Assembly (NCBI GenBank): GCA_029856155.1
Contig: JAHQWL010000040.1
Location: 1-64,000 of the forward strand
Length of the DNA stretch: 64,000 nucleotides
Origin: Promethearchaeia archaeon
GTDB taxonomy: Archaea > Asgardarchaeota > Lokiarchaeia > Sigyniarchaeales > SOKP01
Reading direction: 5' to 3'
A program made the position numbers and the translations under genes. Below the pieces are notes generated by a model. That model did no database searches and had not been told where the DNA came from. It saw only the letters and a program-made list of their open reading frames with translations. Position 1 is the first letter of the stretch, and each line of letters opens with the position of its first letter. Below, piece after piece: positions 18,402 through 28,060 of this stretch.

Positions 18402-19106
18402 ATGGGTGATTATTTGTTATTTTCCGAAAATGAAATGAATAATATAAAAAGAGAGATGGCCAAACTAAAAGAAAAAGTTGTACTTAAACTATTTACTGAT
18501 TTTAAAACTAAAGAAGATGGAACAAAAATAAGAAAGTGTATGGCTTGTGAGGGTTCATATGAGTTATTAAAAATTTTAAAAGAGCATTCAAATGGAAAGC
18601 TAGAAATTGAGGAAATATCTACTGAAGAAAATGAAGAAGAAGCAAAGAAATTCAATGTTACTAAAATACCTGCTATTCTATTTGTAGATGACAATGACAA
18701 TGAAATTATTCGATATTTAGCACACCCAATAGGATCCGAATTTGTACCCTTTCTCAATAGTATACAATATTTTTCAGGGGTTAGACCATATTATGCGGAT
18801 CAAATTCTTACTCACCTTAAAAAAATAGAGAAATCAAAAATAAAAATATTTATAACGCCAACATGCCCTTACTGTCCAGCAACAGTACCCGTCTTAACTC
18901 TCTTTGCTATTGTTTCCAAGGGAAAAATAACAGCAGAAGTAATTGATGTTAACATGAATCCTGATTTAGGAGAGAAATATCAAGTACAAGGGGTGCCCCA
19001 TACTGTTGTCAATGAAAAAAACCACATATATGGAATGTTCACCCCCCAAGATTTATTGGATAAACTTACAAAGGGTCAGCGAGATTTTGGAGGAATGTAT
19101 GCATAA
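18402..19106 (+). CDS. Protein disulfide oxidoreductase (PDO/AhpF-NTD-like), copy 1
   Basis: Two thioredoxin folds, CMAC and CPYC. Confidence 0.85.
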   Translation: MGDYLLFSENEMNNIKREMAKLKEKVVLKLFTDFKTKEDGTKIRKCMACEGSYELLKILKEHSNGKLEIEEISTEENEEEAKKFNVTKIPAILFVDDNDNEIIRYLAHPIGSEFVPFLNSIQYFSGVRPYYADQILTHLKKIEKSKIKIFITPTCPYCPATVPVLTLFAIVSKGKITAEVIDVNMNPDLGEKYQVQGVPHTVVNEKNHIYGMFTPQDLLDKLTKGQRDFGGMYA

Positions 19107-19128
19107 TACAGATAAGGTGATATAATAA

Positions 19129-19812
19129 TTGGCTCAAGATTCAAAATATAGGGAAATTATAAGGAGAGAAATGGTTAAATTAAAAAAGCCTGTTAAATTA
19201 AGGGTTTTTACATGTAAAGAAAAGCCTTCATCGGGGAGTTTAATAAGAGAGTGTATGGATTGTAATCAATTTATGGCACTATTGAAAATATATGAAGAAA
19301 ATTCCAATGGAATGCTAACAATTGAGGAATTATGTATTGATGATAACCCTGAATTTGCTAAAAGGTATGATATTTCGAGAGTACCTACAATCTTATTTAT
19401 TGATGAGGAGGGAAGAGAAATTATAAGATATTTAGCAGCTCCTCAAGGCGGCGAAATTCAACCGTTTATCCAAGCTATATTTGCTTTTGCGGGAGCATCA
19501 AATTACTACGAAGCCACAATAAAACACAATTTAGACAGAATTCAACCTTCTACAATTAAAGTAATGATAACTGAAACTTGTCCTTACTGCCCTCAGGTTT
19601 CTACTATCGCCAATAACTTTGCGATTGCATCTAAGGGGAAAATAAGAACCGTGATTGTAGATATTATAGCAAATCCAGATATCGGACAATATTATGACGC
19701 AGCAGGCGTTCCTTATACTATCATAAATGATCAAAAAACCCTGGTTGGAATGGTTGGTGCAAATGAAATATTAAGAGCGTTGATCGGAGGTAATATACAT
19801 GTTCAATATTGA
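19129..19812 (+). CDS. Protein disulfide oxidoreductase, copy 2
   Basis: CMDC and CPYC; paralogue of the preceding gene. Confidence 0.85.
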   Translation: MAQDSKYREIIRREMVKLKKPVKLRVFTCKEKPSSGSLIRECMDCNQFMALLKIYEENSNGMLTIEELCIDDNPEFAKRYDISRVPTILFIDEEGREIIRYLAAPQGGEIQPFIQAIFAFAGASNYYEATIKHNLDRIQPSTIKVMITETCPYCPQVSTIANNFAIASKGKIRTVIVDIIANPDIGQYYDAAGVPYTIINDQKTLVGMVGANEILRALIGGNIHVQY

Positions 19813-19813
19813 T

Positions 19814-20743
19814 ATGGATGGGATTGATTTAGAAAAAACGTACGATCTTATAGTTTTAGGTGGAGGTCCTACTGCATTAGGATGCGCCATATATGCAGCT
19901 CGATTTGCGATGGATATCTTAGTTGTTGGCAAAACTTTTGGAGGTTTAATTGCAACAACTCATATTGTAGAGAATTATCCCGCTATTACATCCATAAGTG
20001 GCCAAGGGTTGATGGATATGTTTAAGGACCATATGGATTCACTCAAGATCCCTTACATCTCAGATGAGATACGGAGTATTGATAGAGGTGATGATCACTT
20101 TGAACTCCATTCTTTCTTTCAAAAATTTAAAGCCTATTCAATTTGCATAGCAACTGGGTCAGAAAGAAGGAAATTAGGCATTCCTGGGGAAGAAAAATTC
20201 GTTGGGAGAGGTGTTTCATATTGTGCGACTTGTGATGGCCCATTTTATAAGGATAAAAATGTTTCTGTGATTGGTGGGAGTGATTCCGCTGCTAAAGAAG
20301 CCTTATTTTTAGCTCAAAGTGTAAATAAGGTATATATTATTTACCGAGGCGAAGAAATTAGGGCTGAACCCATAAATAAGCGAAGAGTGTACGATAATGA
20401 TAAAATTGAGATAATTTACAAAACAAAAATTATAGAAATTAAAGGGGATACCACAGTAAAATCAGTAATTTTTGATAATGGAAAAGAATTTGAAGTAGAT
20501 GGGGTGTTTATTGAGATAGGATCGATTCCTAAATCTGAATTAGCAAAACATATTGGAGTTGAAACCAATGAAAAAGGTGAGATTAAAATTAATCGTAAAT
20601 CAGAAACAAACGTTCCAGGCATTTTTGCCGCGGGAGATGTAGCTGATGCTCCTTTTAAACAAGCTATTACAGGAGTTTCTGAAGGCGTAATAGCAGCATA
20701 TTCTGCTTTCGATTACGTTAAAGAAATGAATATTGAATATTAA
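19814..20743 (+). CDS. trxB: Thioredoxin reductase
   Basis: GGGPTA, GRGVSYCATCDG, GGSDSA, AAGD; start moved to MDGID directly after the PDO2 stop (track start 19799). Confidence 0.9.
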   Translation: MDGIDLEKTYDLIVLGGGPTALGCAIYAARFAMDILVVGKTFGGLIATTHIVENYPAITSISGQGLMDMFKDHMDSLKIPYISDEIRSIDRGDDHFELHSFFQKFKAYSICIATGSERRKLGIPGEEKFVGRGVSYCATCDGPFYKDKNVSVIGGSDSAAKEALFLAQSVNKVYIIYRGEEIRAEPINKRRVYDNDKIEIIYKTKIIEIKGDTTVKSVIFDNGKEFEVDGVFIEIGSIPKSELAKHIGVETNEKGEIKINRKSETNVPGIFAAGDVADAPFKQAITGVSEGVIAAYSAFDYVKEMNIEY

Positions 20744-20768
20744 TAGATAATTGTTCCTTATTTAATTC

Positions 20769-21302
20769 TTACTTTATGAGCATTTCCATAAAGATCCAGT
20801 TTTGGCGTATAGGATCTAAAATTTCATTTTGAACAACTTCACTCTCTTGATATGGACCAATTTCGTTAAATCCAATTGATTTGTATAGTCCTTGAGCTTC
20901 CTTCATGAATGGACCAGTATCTAATCGAAGCTTTGAAAATTCTAAATCACGTGCTTTATTAATCAAGCTTTCGAGTAATTCCTTACCTAAACCTTTACCC
21001 CGAAATTCAGGACGAACATACATTCTCTTAATCTCACCAATCTTCTGATCGATCCTCCTCATTGATGCTAATCCAACAATTTGATTATTGAATTTACAGA
21101 GAAATAAACACCCCTCAGGTGGCAAAAATTTATAAAATTCATTCATACTTGTATCAACTGCTTCTTTAACTAATTCAGCAACGTCAAAATTAAGATTAAG
21201 CTCTATATTTATTTTTGACACGACCCATTCAAGGTATTCTGAGTATAATTCCTTAATTTGGTTTTTATAATCATCAGTTTCAATTTGAATGATCCTAATC
21301 AT
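20769..21302 (-). CDS. GNAT N-acetyltransferase
   Basis: EIKRMYVRPEFRGKGLG; LYKSIGF. Confidence 0.9.
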   Translation of the reverse strand: MIRIIQIETDDYKNQIKELYSEYLEWVVSKINIELNLNFDVAELVKEAVDTSMNEFYKFLPPEGCLFLCKFNNQIVGLASMRRIDQKIGEIKRMYVRPEFRGKGLGKELLESLINKARDLEFSKLRLDTGPFMKEAQGLYKSIGFNEIGPYQESEVVQNEILDPIRQNWIFMEMLIK

Positions 21303-21398
21303 AGTTTATACAGAATACTTATGCATAAAATTACTTTATTAAAATAGTGTTTAATTTATTAAAATAATTTTAATTCAAAAAAAGAGAAAAAAAAAGAT

Positions 21399-21764
21399 TT
21401 ATTCAATTTCAATCTCAACACTATGGAACTCGGGCTCCTTGAAAGGTACTTCAATCTTTAGAAGTCCATTTTTATAAACAGCTTTTGCTTCTTCTGGTTT
21501 TATAGGACAACAAACAGTATAGGAACCTATATAGATAGTATCTTCGGTTTCTCCTTTAACGAAAAAGCTATCATCATGCATTTTAAGTTTAATTGTTTCT
21601 TTCTCTACTCCAGGCAATTGAATTTCAATTTTATAGGTATTATCTTCGTCATCAGCCCAAGAACACACCTCTGGCGATATTAAAAACTTTTCTGCTTCCT
21701 TTACTTCAGACATATTTTTCAACTCGAGGGTTAAAATTATTGTTTTATTTCTTGTCAAATTCAT
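21399..21764 (-). CDS. Small heat-shock protein (Hsp20); likely start 21713
   Basis: LPGV.KE.I...AVYKNGLLKIEVP alpha-crystallin motif. Confidence 0.85.
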   Translation of the reverse strand: MNLTRNKTIILTLELKNMSEVKEAEKFLISPEVCSWADDEDNTYKIEIQLPGVEKETIKLKMHDDSFFVKGETEDTIYIGSYTVCCPIKPEEAKAVYKNGLLKIEVPFKEPEFHSVEIEIE

Positions 21765-21898
21765 ACAAAAGAGCTGATTTAAAAGTTCTTTCTAAATATT
21801 ATTAATAAAAGAGATTTTTCTCGCTTAATTATTAGTTTAAAAATCAGATCTATTTTTAATTTATAATATTATAGATCTTTAAGTAGTACAGAATCAAA

Positions 21899-22810
21899 TT
21901 AAGGTTGAATTTTAACTGAGTCTTCTGATAAAATTTCTAAAATTTTTCCCCAATATTCTTTTATATCCCAATCTTGGTTCTTTTTTACTTTTTCAGAGAT
22001 TTCTTTCAGAATTTCTCTAATTTTAAGCGAATCAAAATAAGATAAATTTGGCGTGATTACTGATAACATATATTGTTTTTCTCCATATCTCTCATTATCA
22101 TCTGGAAAAGAATCAAAAAATAGATACCCGTTATTCTTAATATTTTCAATGTTTATTAATATACCTTGAGATCTCGTGATTTTATCATGCCCATAAATCG
22201 AAGTTGCAGCATGAAATAATTGCCTACCAACTGTATTAATTGAAAAAGGTAAATTTTTATCAGGGGGATAACCCTCCTCTACAGTAGGACCCGTAATATC
22301 ATTCCAATATATTATAGATAAACATAAAAGCTGTTGATCTTTATCAAAAATGGACGGTTGCTTCTGAATTTTTAACGAGGAGAGTAATTGTTTAATCTCA
22401 TTATCGATAAGATTAGATTTATTATTTCGCGCAATTTTCCCCGAAATTGATGCAATTAAATCTTCTTTTCTGAAGGGTTTGGTTATATAATCATCCACTC
22501 CCAACATTTTACCTAATCGAATATCTTCAGGAGTAGATTTAGCAGTTAGAAATAGAAATGGAATTCGATTCCATTGAGGGGTATTAGATACTGTCTCAAA
22601 AAAATCATACCCATTCATTCCTGGCATCATAATATCACTAATGATTACATCTGGAGGTGATTTTATTTCAGATAAAAGTTTTATAGCATCTCTACCATTT
22701 ATTGCTGTTTTAACTGCATAGTTATTATCTTCCAATAAGACTTTCAAATGAAATAAGATATCTGCATTATCATCAACTATGAGTATTACAGATCGGGACT
22801 CAACTTGCAT
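21899..22810 (-). CDS. Response regulator: receiver domain plus longin/uDENN-like output domain
   Basis: REC: VDD, SDIMMP, LTAK, KPF; C-terminal LSIIYWNDITGPTVEEGYP...DDNERYGEKQYMLSVIT. Confidence 0.85.
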   Translation of the reverse strand: MQVESRSVILIVDDNADILFHLKVLLEDNNYAVKTAINGRDAIKLLSEIKSPPDVIISDIMMPGMNGYDFFETVSNTPQWNRIPFLFLTAKSTPEDIRLGKMLGVDDYITKPFRKEDLIASISGKIARNNKSNLIDNEIKQLLSSLKIQKQPSIFDKDQQLLCLSIIYWNDITGPTVEEGYPPDKNLPFSINTVGRQLFHAATSIYGHDKITRSQGILINIENIKNNGYLFFDSFPDDNERYGEKQYMLSVITPNLSYFDSLKIREILKEISEKVKKNQDWDIKEYWGKILEILSEDSVKIQP

Positions 22811-22871
22811 AGTGGTTCGCTTGATACTCCTATATTGAAAATATCAATTAGAATTATATTTAAATTTTATT

Positions 22872-25040
22872 TTAAAAATTATCTATTCTTGGAAAAAAAA
22901 TGGAAAAGGTTGTTTCATTTCCTAATTTGCTTTCAACAAAAATTTCTCCCTGGTGAAGTTCTATTATATCCTTTGCTATTGATAAACCTAATCCGGTTCC
23001 AGAAGTATCTCTAGCATTTGAAGCTCTATAAAATCTTTCAAAAATATGAGGTAGTTCATCTTCACTAATTCCTATACCACTATTTTTAAATTGAAATAAA
23101 GTCCCATTTTTTCCTTTAGGATTAAAACTTCCTTTGTAATTTTCAATCACAATTATCTTGATAATTGTATTTTCATGTGAATATTTTATTGCGTTATCAA
23201 GAAGAATTCGAAAAACTTGATCAATCCTTTTAATGTCCCCTTTCATATTGATATCTTCATTAATATTAATTTCAAAAGCAATGTTCTTTTCTTCAGCAAA
23301 AGAAGCGAAGAATAATTCCATATCTTGTAATAGCTTTAAGGGATTATAGTTTTCTAAATTAAGCTCTAATTTTTTTTCATCAATTTGAGAGAGCATGAGA
23401 ATATCTTCTGATAAATCTTTTAGAAGTGAAAGATTCCTCTCTTCTATCTCAATAATGTAGTTTTGTAGTTCAGGGGTTAGTGAAGCTTTTTTTTGCTTGT
23501 ATAAATCTAAAGACATCATTAGAACGGTTATTGGTGTTCTCAATTCATGAGAAACTGTCGACACCAAGTTTTTAATTCTTCTTTCTGCTAAAATTCTCTC
23601 TGTGATATTAAGACCATAAATATTAAGATACAATTTTTCAGCTATGGGGGTTATAGTAAATGAATAAAATTGATTATTTAATTCAAGCTCAATTTGTTGA
23701 ATTATTTGAGTATGAAAGACTTCCTCTACTACATTATTTAAACTAGGGGGTATTTTATTCCCAATCTCAATATTAAACAATTTTTGACCAGCATCATTTA
23801 TATATAGGACAATTTCATTACTGACTCTTAATATTGGATTTGGATTCTCCGAAGGAAACTTTGCTAAACTCTTAATTTGTTCTTCTGCTTTTCTGCGTTC
23901 AGTAATATTTCGACCAACAGAAACGATATAATTAATATCTCCATGATCATCAGTAATAACTGAGCCTAAATATTCAAAGGGTATTTTTTTCCCTTCCTTT
24001 GTAATTAATTCCATTTGAACTGTAGTATTGCCAGTTTCTATGGCATTAAGTATAGCCTTTTCAGCTTTTTCTAAATCTTCTTGGTTGTAATATGAATCAG
24101 GTGCTTTCATGGATAATATTTCCTTATCAGTATAACCACTGATCTCATTAAAAGCTTTATTCCATTTTATCGCTTTACCGTTCTTTGGATTGAACACAAA
24201 AAAAGTATCCATTTGAGTATTTAATGCTGTTTTTGTAAATTCCTCACTCTGTTTTAATCTTGTGAATAAAGTATTTAAAGGATCCTCGAATCCCTTTTGG
24301 ACAATTGCTAAATAAATAAAATAAAAAGAAACTATTTTAAAGATATGCCCTATTAAAGAGGAAAGATCATATACACCAATATATAAAGTAAAAGCTACCT
24401 CCGCTATTATTAATGATAAGATCGAAAATATTTTCAATCGAAACGTTGTTAAATTGAGCTCTTTTCTATTTTTATATAATACTATTATAGATACTACTAA
24501 AATTCCAATAATTATATATTCGCTGATAATTTTAAATGGTGTAAGACCTTCACTATAACAAACCGGAAAAATTTTAGTAAAAATCAATATTACCAAAAGT
24601 GTAGTTACAATCGAATATCCAATTAGTAAAAGAGTTGGATTAATCTTTTTATACATTAAAAGAAATGCCAAGAGAAATGAGACTGCTTGAAGATATCTGG
24701 CAGCGATCCATAATTGAGTAGGTAAATTTGCGTCATATCCTTCAAATATATTCATTCCACTATATGCTAAAGTATGGATTAGATCAATTGAGCCAATAAA
24801 TAATAGACTGACGCCTAGAACTAAGAAAATCGAGCTCTCTATATTCTTTCGAGTATTCCATCCAATCATAAAAATGCCAAATGCAATAACTATACTAAAT
24901 AACTCAGCTATAGTATGAAATAACAGAAAGCTATAGAAATTAGTAAGATAAATAAGAAGTAAGATTAAAGCAAAAACAATTAACGATGATCTATATTTTA
25001 CTCGACTTGTTATTTCCTTTTTTTCTTCCTGCGACAACAT
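22872..25040 (-). CDS. Sensor histidine kinase, MASE3-PAS-PAS-HisKA-HATPase
   Basis: FHTIAELFSIVIA...HTLAYSGM...WIAAR (MASE3); SHELRTP, LDNAIKY, IFERFYR, GTGLGL. Confidence 0.92.
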   Translation of the reverse strand: MLSQEEKKEITSRVKYRSSLIVFALILLLIYLTNFYSFLLFHTIAELFSIVIAFGIFMIGWNTRKNIESSIFLVLGVSLLFIGSIDLIHTLAYSGMNIFEGYDANLPTQLWIAARYLQAVSFLLAFLLMYKKINPTLLLIGYSIVTTLLVILIFTKIFPVCYSEGLTPFKIISEYIIIGILVVSIIVLYKNRKELNLTTFRLKIFSILSLIIAEVAFTLYIGVYDLSSLIGHIFKIVSFYFIYLAIVQKGFEDPLNTLFTRLKQSEEFTKTALNTQMDTFFVFNPKNGKAIKWNKAFNEISGYTDKEILSMKAPDSYYNQEDLEKAEKAILNAIETGNTTVQMELITKEGKKIPFEYLGSVITDDHGDINYIVSVGRNITERRKAEEQIKSLAKFPSENPNPILRVSNEIVLYINDAGQKLFNIEIGNKIPPSLNNVVEEVFHTQIIQQIELELNNQFYSFTITPIAEKLYLNIYGLNITERILAERRIKNLVSTVSHELRTPITVLMMSLDLYKQKKASLTPELQNYIIEIEERNLSLLKDLSEDILMLSQIDEKKLELNLENYNPLKLLQDMELFFASFAEEKNIAFEININEDINMKGDIKRIDQVFRILLDNAIKYSHENTIIKIIVIENYKGSFNPKGKNGTLFQFKNSGIGISEDELPHIFERFYRASNARDTSGTGLGLSIAKDIIELHQGEIFVESKLGNETTFSIFFPRIDNF

Positions 25041-25155
25041 ATACTTATGAAAGTCTGTAACTTTTTTTGCTTCGATACTAAATAGTATTCTTTTCTAATA
25101 TATTTTAAAATTTTCAAATTATTTAAAATCGCTAAAATCACTAAACCTACATCAT

Positions 25156-25704
25156 TTATATAACTGTAGATTTTTCAAAGATTGCGTATATTGATGTTTT
25201 ATAAAGTGAATAATTAAATTTTGGAGGAATAGTCTCTTTTATTTTTCTTATAAAATCATCAATAACATTTTCATTTAAATTGCTATCAAATACCAAATCT
25301 GGGTCAAATTTATGGAGAAAAATAGAAAAGTCAATGCCATTTTGTATTTCAATTGAATTTATTACTTTGATCATATATTCAAGGGCAAGATCATAACGAT
25401 TAACATCTTGAATATCAATTACATATATAAATTTACTGGTTCCCTTTACATATTTTTTAAAATCGTTGAAATACTCATCAAGATATGCTTTTTGCCCGCC
25501 AAGATCCCAAATAGAATATTCTGAATTTAAGGCTTGAAAATGCTCAACATCAAGACCTCTAGTGGGCATTGGACTATTAAAAGCAGAAATAGCTTTGATA
25601 CCCTTTAAACAATTCAAAATTGATGTTTTCCCACTATTATCTAGTCCTAGAAGCACAATCTTTATTGATTGTTTAGTTGGTTTATCTTTTTTTGAGGATT
25701 TCAT
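25156..25704 (-). CDS. Small GTPase, Asgard Arf/Rag-like
   Basis: G1 GLDNSGKT, G2 PTRG, G3 WDLGGQ, G4 HKFD, G5 TSIY. Confidence 0.9.
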   Translation of the reverse strand: MKSSKKDKPTKQSIKIVLLGLDNSGKTSILNCLKGIKAISAFNSPMPTRGLDVEHFQALNSEYSIWDLGGQKAYLDEYFNDFKKYVKGTSKFIYVIDIQDVNRYDLALEYMIKVINSIEIQNGIDFSIFLHKFDPDLVFDSNLNENVIDDFIRKIKETIPPKFNYSLYKTSIYAIFEKSTVI

Positions 25705-25745
25705 ATTTTTTTAGGGATTTTAAAATAAAATATATTCTTAAAAAG

Positions 25746-26081
25746 CTAAGATAATGTATCAATGATGTCAACATCGATTAAGTCTTTAAGTTTCTCAGTG
25801 TTAATATTAGCTACTGTTGATTTTATATGAGAGAGAAGAGTAAAGATATCACTATTTTTAATTTTATAGTATTTTATATTGTTTTTTTTCTCAAAATCTA
25901 TAAGGTTATTGTCAATGAGCAAGTTCAAATGTTTGGAAATTGTTGATTGAGATCTACTCAGTGCATCTTGAATTTCTTTTGAGTTTTTCTCACCATTTTT
26001 CAATTGATCTAGTATTTCTAATCTTGTTGGATCGGCTAATACCTTTAAAAATTCTATTGTGTATTTTCTTAATTCGCTCAT
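25746..26081 (-). CDS. ArsR-family transcriptional regulator
   Basis: LKVLADPTRLEIL...SQSTISKHL..L. Confidence 0.9.
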   Translation of the reverse strand: MSELRKYTIEFLKVLADPTRLEILDQLKNGEKNSKEIQDALSRSQSTISKHLNLLIDNNLIDFEKKNNIKYYKIKNSDIFTLLSHIKSTVANINTEKLKDLIDVDIIDTLS

Positions 26082-26192
26082 AGATTTAATAGAATATTTT
26101 TTTTACTAGTTTTTAAAGCTTGTTTTAATGGATTATTAATGTTTTTATAATAATAAAAGTGACACAAAGGTTTAAATAGTATGTTATCGTAT

Positions 26193-26210
26193 TATCGTTA
26201 TATGACGATA
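26193..26210. promoter_or_regulatory. Imperfect inverted repeat TATCGTTA-TA-TGACGATA, candidate operator
   Basis: Between divergent arsR and lrp genes, just downstream of TTTAAATA (26171-26178). Confidence 0.4.
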
Positions 26211-26258
26211 TATGAATATTAATCTGATTTTTAATTTTAATATTAAGAGGTAAAGAAA

Positions 26259-26777
26259 ATGATAAGTGAAAAAATGGGAATGGATGATATCGATTGTAGA
26301 ATTATGGATCTAATTCAGAAAGAGCCCAATCTTACACACACAGAAATTGCGGGGCATGTAAATCGTAGCCAGCCAACTGTGGGGATGCGCATCAAGAGGC
26401 TTGAAAAATTAGGTGTTTTGAAATATCAAGCAGGCGTAAATATCAAAGTGGCAGATCTCTGTTTTGGTAGAGTTGAAATTCAAACAAAGAATCCAAAAAA
26501 GGTTATTGAGATTGTAAAAAACTGCCCCTTCATGATCAACGCATTTAAATTAAGCGGAGATAGAAATATGAGCATCCTTCTGATTGGTACCAACTATAAA
26601 TTCCTTGATAATATCGTAAATATCCACTTTCGGAATAATCCAGATGTTATGTTTACCCACATGGACATAATTGAGAATGTGATTAATGATCTTGTCTTAC
26701 CAATAGATTTAAATCTTGATTTTGGAGAAGTATCTTTGCACGCAACTTGTTGTGAAAAATGTATTTACGCTCAATGA
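26259..26777 (+). CDS. Lrp/AsnC-family regulator 1
   Basis: N-terminal HTH (LTHTEIA...SQPTVGMRIKRL), RAM-like domain, CCEKC tail. Confidence 0.88.
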   Translation: MISEKMGMDDIDCRIMDLIQKEPNLTHTEIAGHVNRSQPTVGMRIKRLEKLGVLKYQAGVNIKVADLCFGRVEIQTKNPKKVIEIVKNCPFMINAFKLSGDRNMSILLIGTNYKFLDNIVNIHFRNNPDVMFTHMDIIENVINDLVLPIDLNLDFGEVSLHATCCEKCIYAQ

Positions 26778-26971
26778 ATGAAAAAACTTACTATTCTTCA
26801 AAATAATAATTTTTCAATTTATTGATATAATTTTTTATTTTAATGAACTTCAGTACTGAAGTTGCATTTAACGCTATTTATCTTGAATATTTTGATAAAT
26901 ATCTTCAATTAAAGTAAGGAAAATTTATATATAGAGATATATCAAGAGATTTAAAATGAATTTTTAGTGGG

Positions 26972-27211
26972 TTAATCAATGAGAATAGCTCTAAATTTAC
27001 ACGCTGTAGTACAAATATGGCATTTAACACATCGATCTTCATGATCCTCCACCACAATACATTTAGGTGTAGAGTCTCTATTAATTACTTTATAAATACC
27101 CCTAAAGCAAGCCTCTTCACAAGCAAAATCTTTGCATTGAGTACATTTTGAAGTATCTATATGATGAAATTTATAACTTACAATAGTAGCTTGATCGTCT
27201 GGCTCACTCAT
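26972..27211 (-). CDS. 2x[4Fe-4S] ferredoxin-like protein
   Basis: CTQCKDFACEEAC and CVKCHICTTAC. Confidence 0.8.
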   Translation of the reverse strand: MSEPDDQATIVSYKFHHIDTSKCTQCKDFACEEACFRGIYKVINRDSTPKCIVVEDHEDRCVKCHICTTACKFRAILID

Positions 27212-27323
27212 TATGATTATTCAAATAATAAACTCTTTTTATCTATTAAGGTTATATTCTATAATAAAATCTCTTAAGATTTACTCACCTAGCATTTGAA
27301 TTAACTCATCAAACAAAATTATT

Positions 27324-27992
27324 ATGAATGATATTAGACAAAAAATTATTGAGATTCCAAACTTAATGAAAGGTATTTTTTTTTCCCATCCTAATAGATT
27401 TGTAGCCGAGATTAAATATAAGAGTCAAATAGAAACTGCTCATGTTCATGATCCTGGTAGATTAAAAGAATTGTTGATTAAAGACGTTGAAATTTTATTT
27501 ACACACTCAAATGGAAAATTGAAGTATTACATTAAGGCAGTTAAAACTAAAGAAGAATGGGTTCTAATAGACACTGCTTTACATTCTAAGATTGCTCAAG
27601 AAGTTTTCAAATTCTTACCAGAATTTTCGAATGTGAAAGAAATCAGAAAAGAAGTAAAAATTGGAAATAGCAGAATAGATTTTCTACTTGATGGCGTGCC
27701 ATTAGAAGTAAAAGGCGTGACATTGGTTAAAGAGGGTAATGCTCTTTTTCCAGATGCTCCTACAGAACGTGGAGCAAGACATGTAAAAGAAATTATTGAA
27801 CATAATGGAATTTTACTTTTTTTAGTATTTCGCAAAGCAAAAAGTTTTGCTCCAAATTGGGAGATGGACTCTAGATTTTCAAATAGATTAAGTGAAGCAA
27901 GAAAAAAGGGTATAAGAATAATTGCTGTCCGAATTAGTTTTGATGGAAAAATAGTTTATTATAATAACAAAATTCCTTTATCAAATTTTTAA
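27324..27992 (+). CDS. sfsA: SfsA-family nuclease
   Basis: PNRF, HVHDPGRL, SRIDF, EVKGVTL, FPDAPTERG..H. Confidence 0.92.
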   Translation: MNDIRQKIIEIPNLMKGIFFSHPNRFVAEIKYKSQIETAHVHDPGRLKELLIKDVEILFTHSNGKLKYYIKAVKTKEEWVLIDTALHSKIAQEVFKFLPEFSNVKEIRKEVKIGNSRIDFLLDGVPLEVKGVTLVKEGNALFPDAPTERGARHVKEIIEHNGILLFLVFRKAKSFAPNWEMDSRFSNRLSEARKKGIRIIAVRISFDGKIVYYNNKIPLSNF

Positions 27993-28060
27993 TACTTATA
28001 TTTTAAAAAAGTTTAAAGGATAAAATCTATTGAATTTTTTAGAGAAAAAAAAATCTTTAT

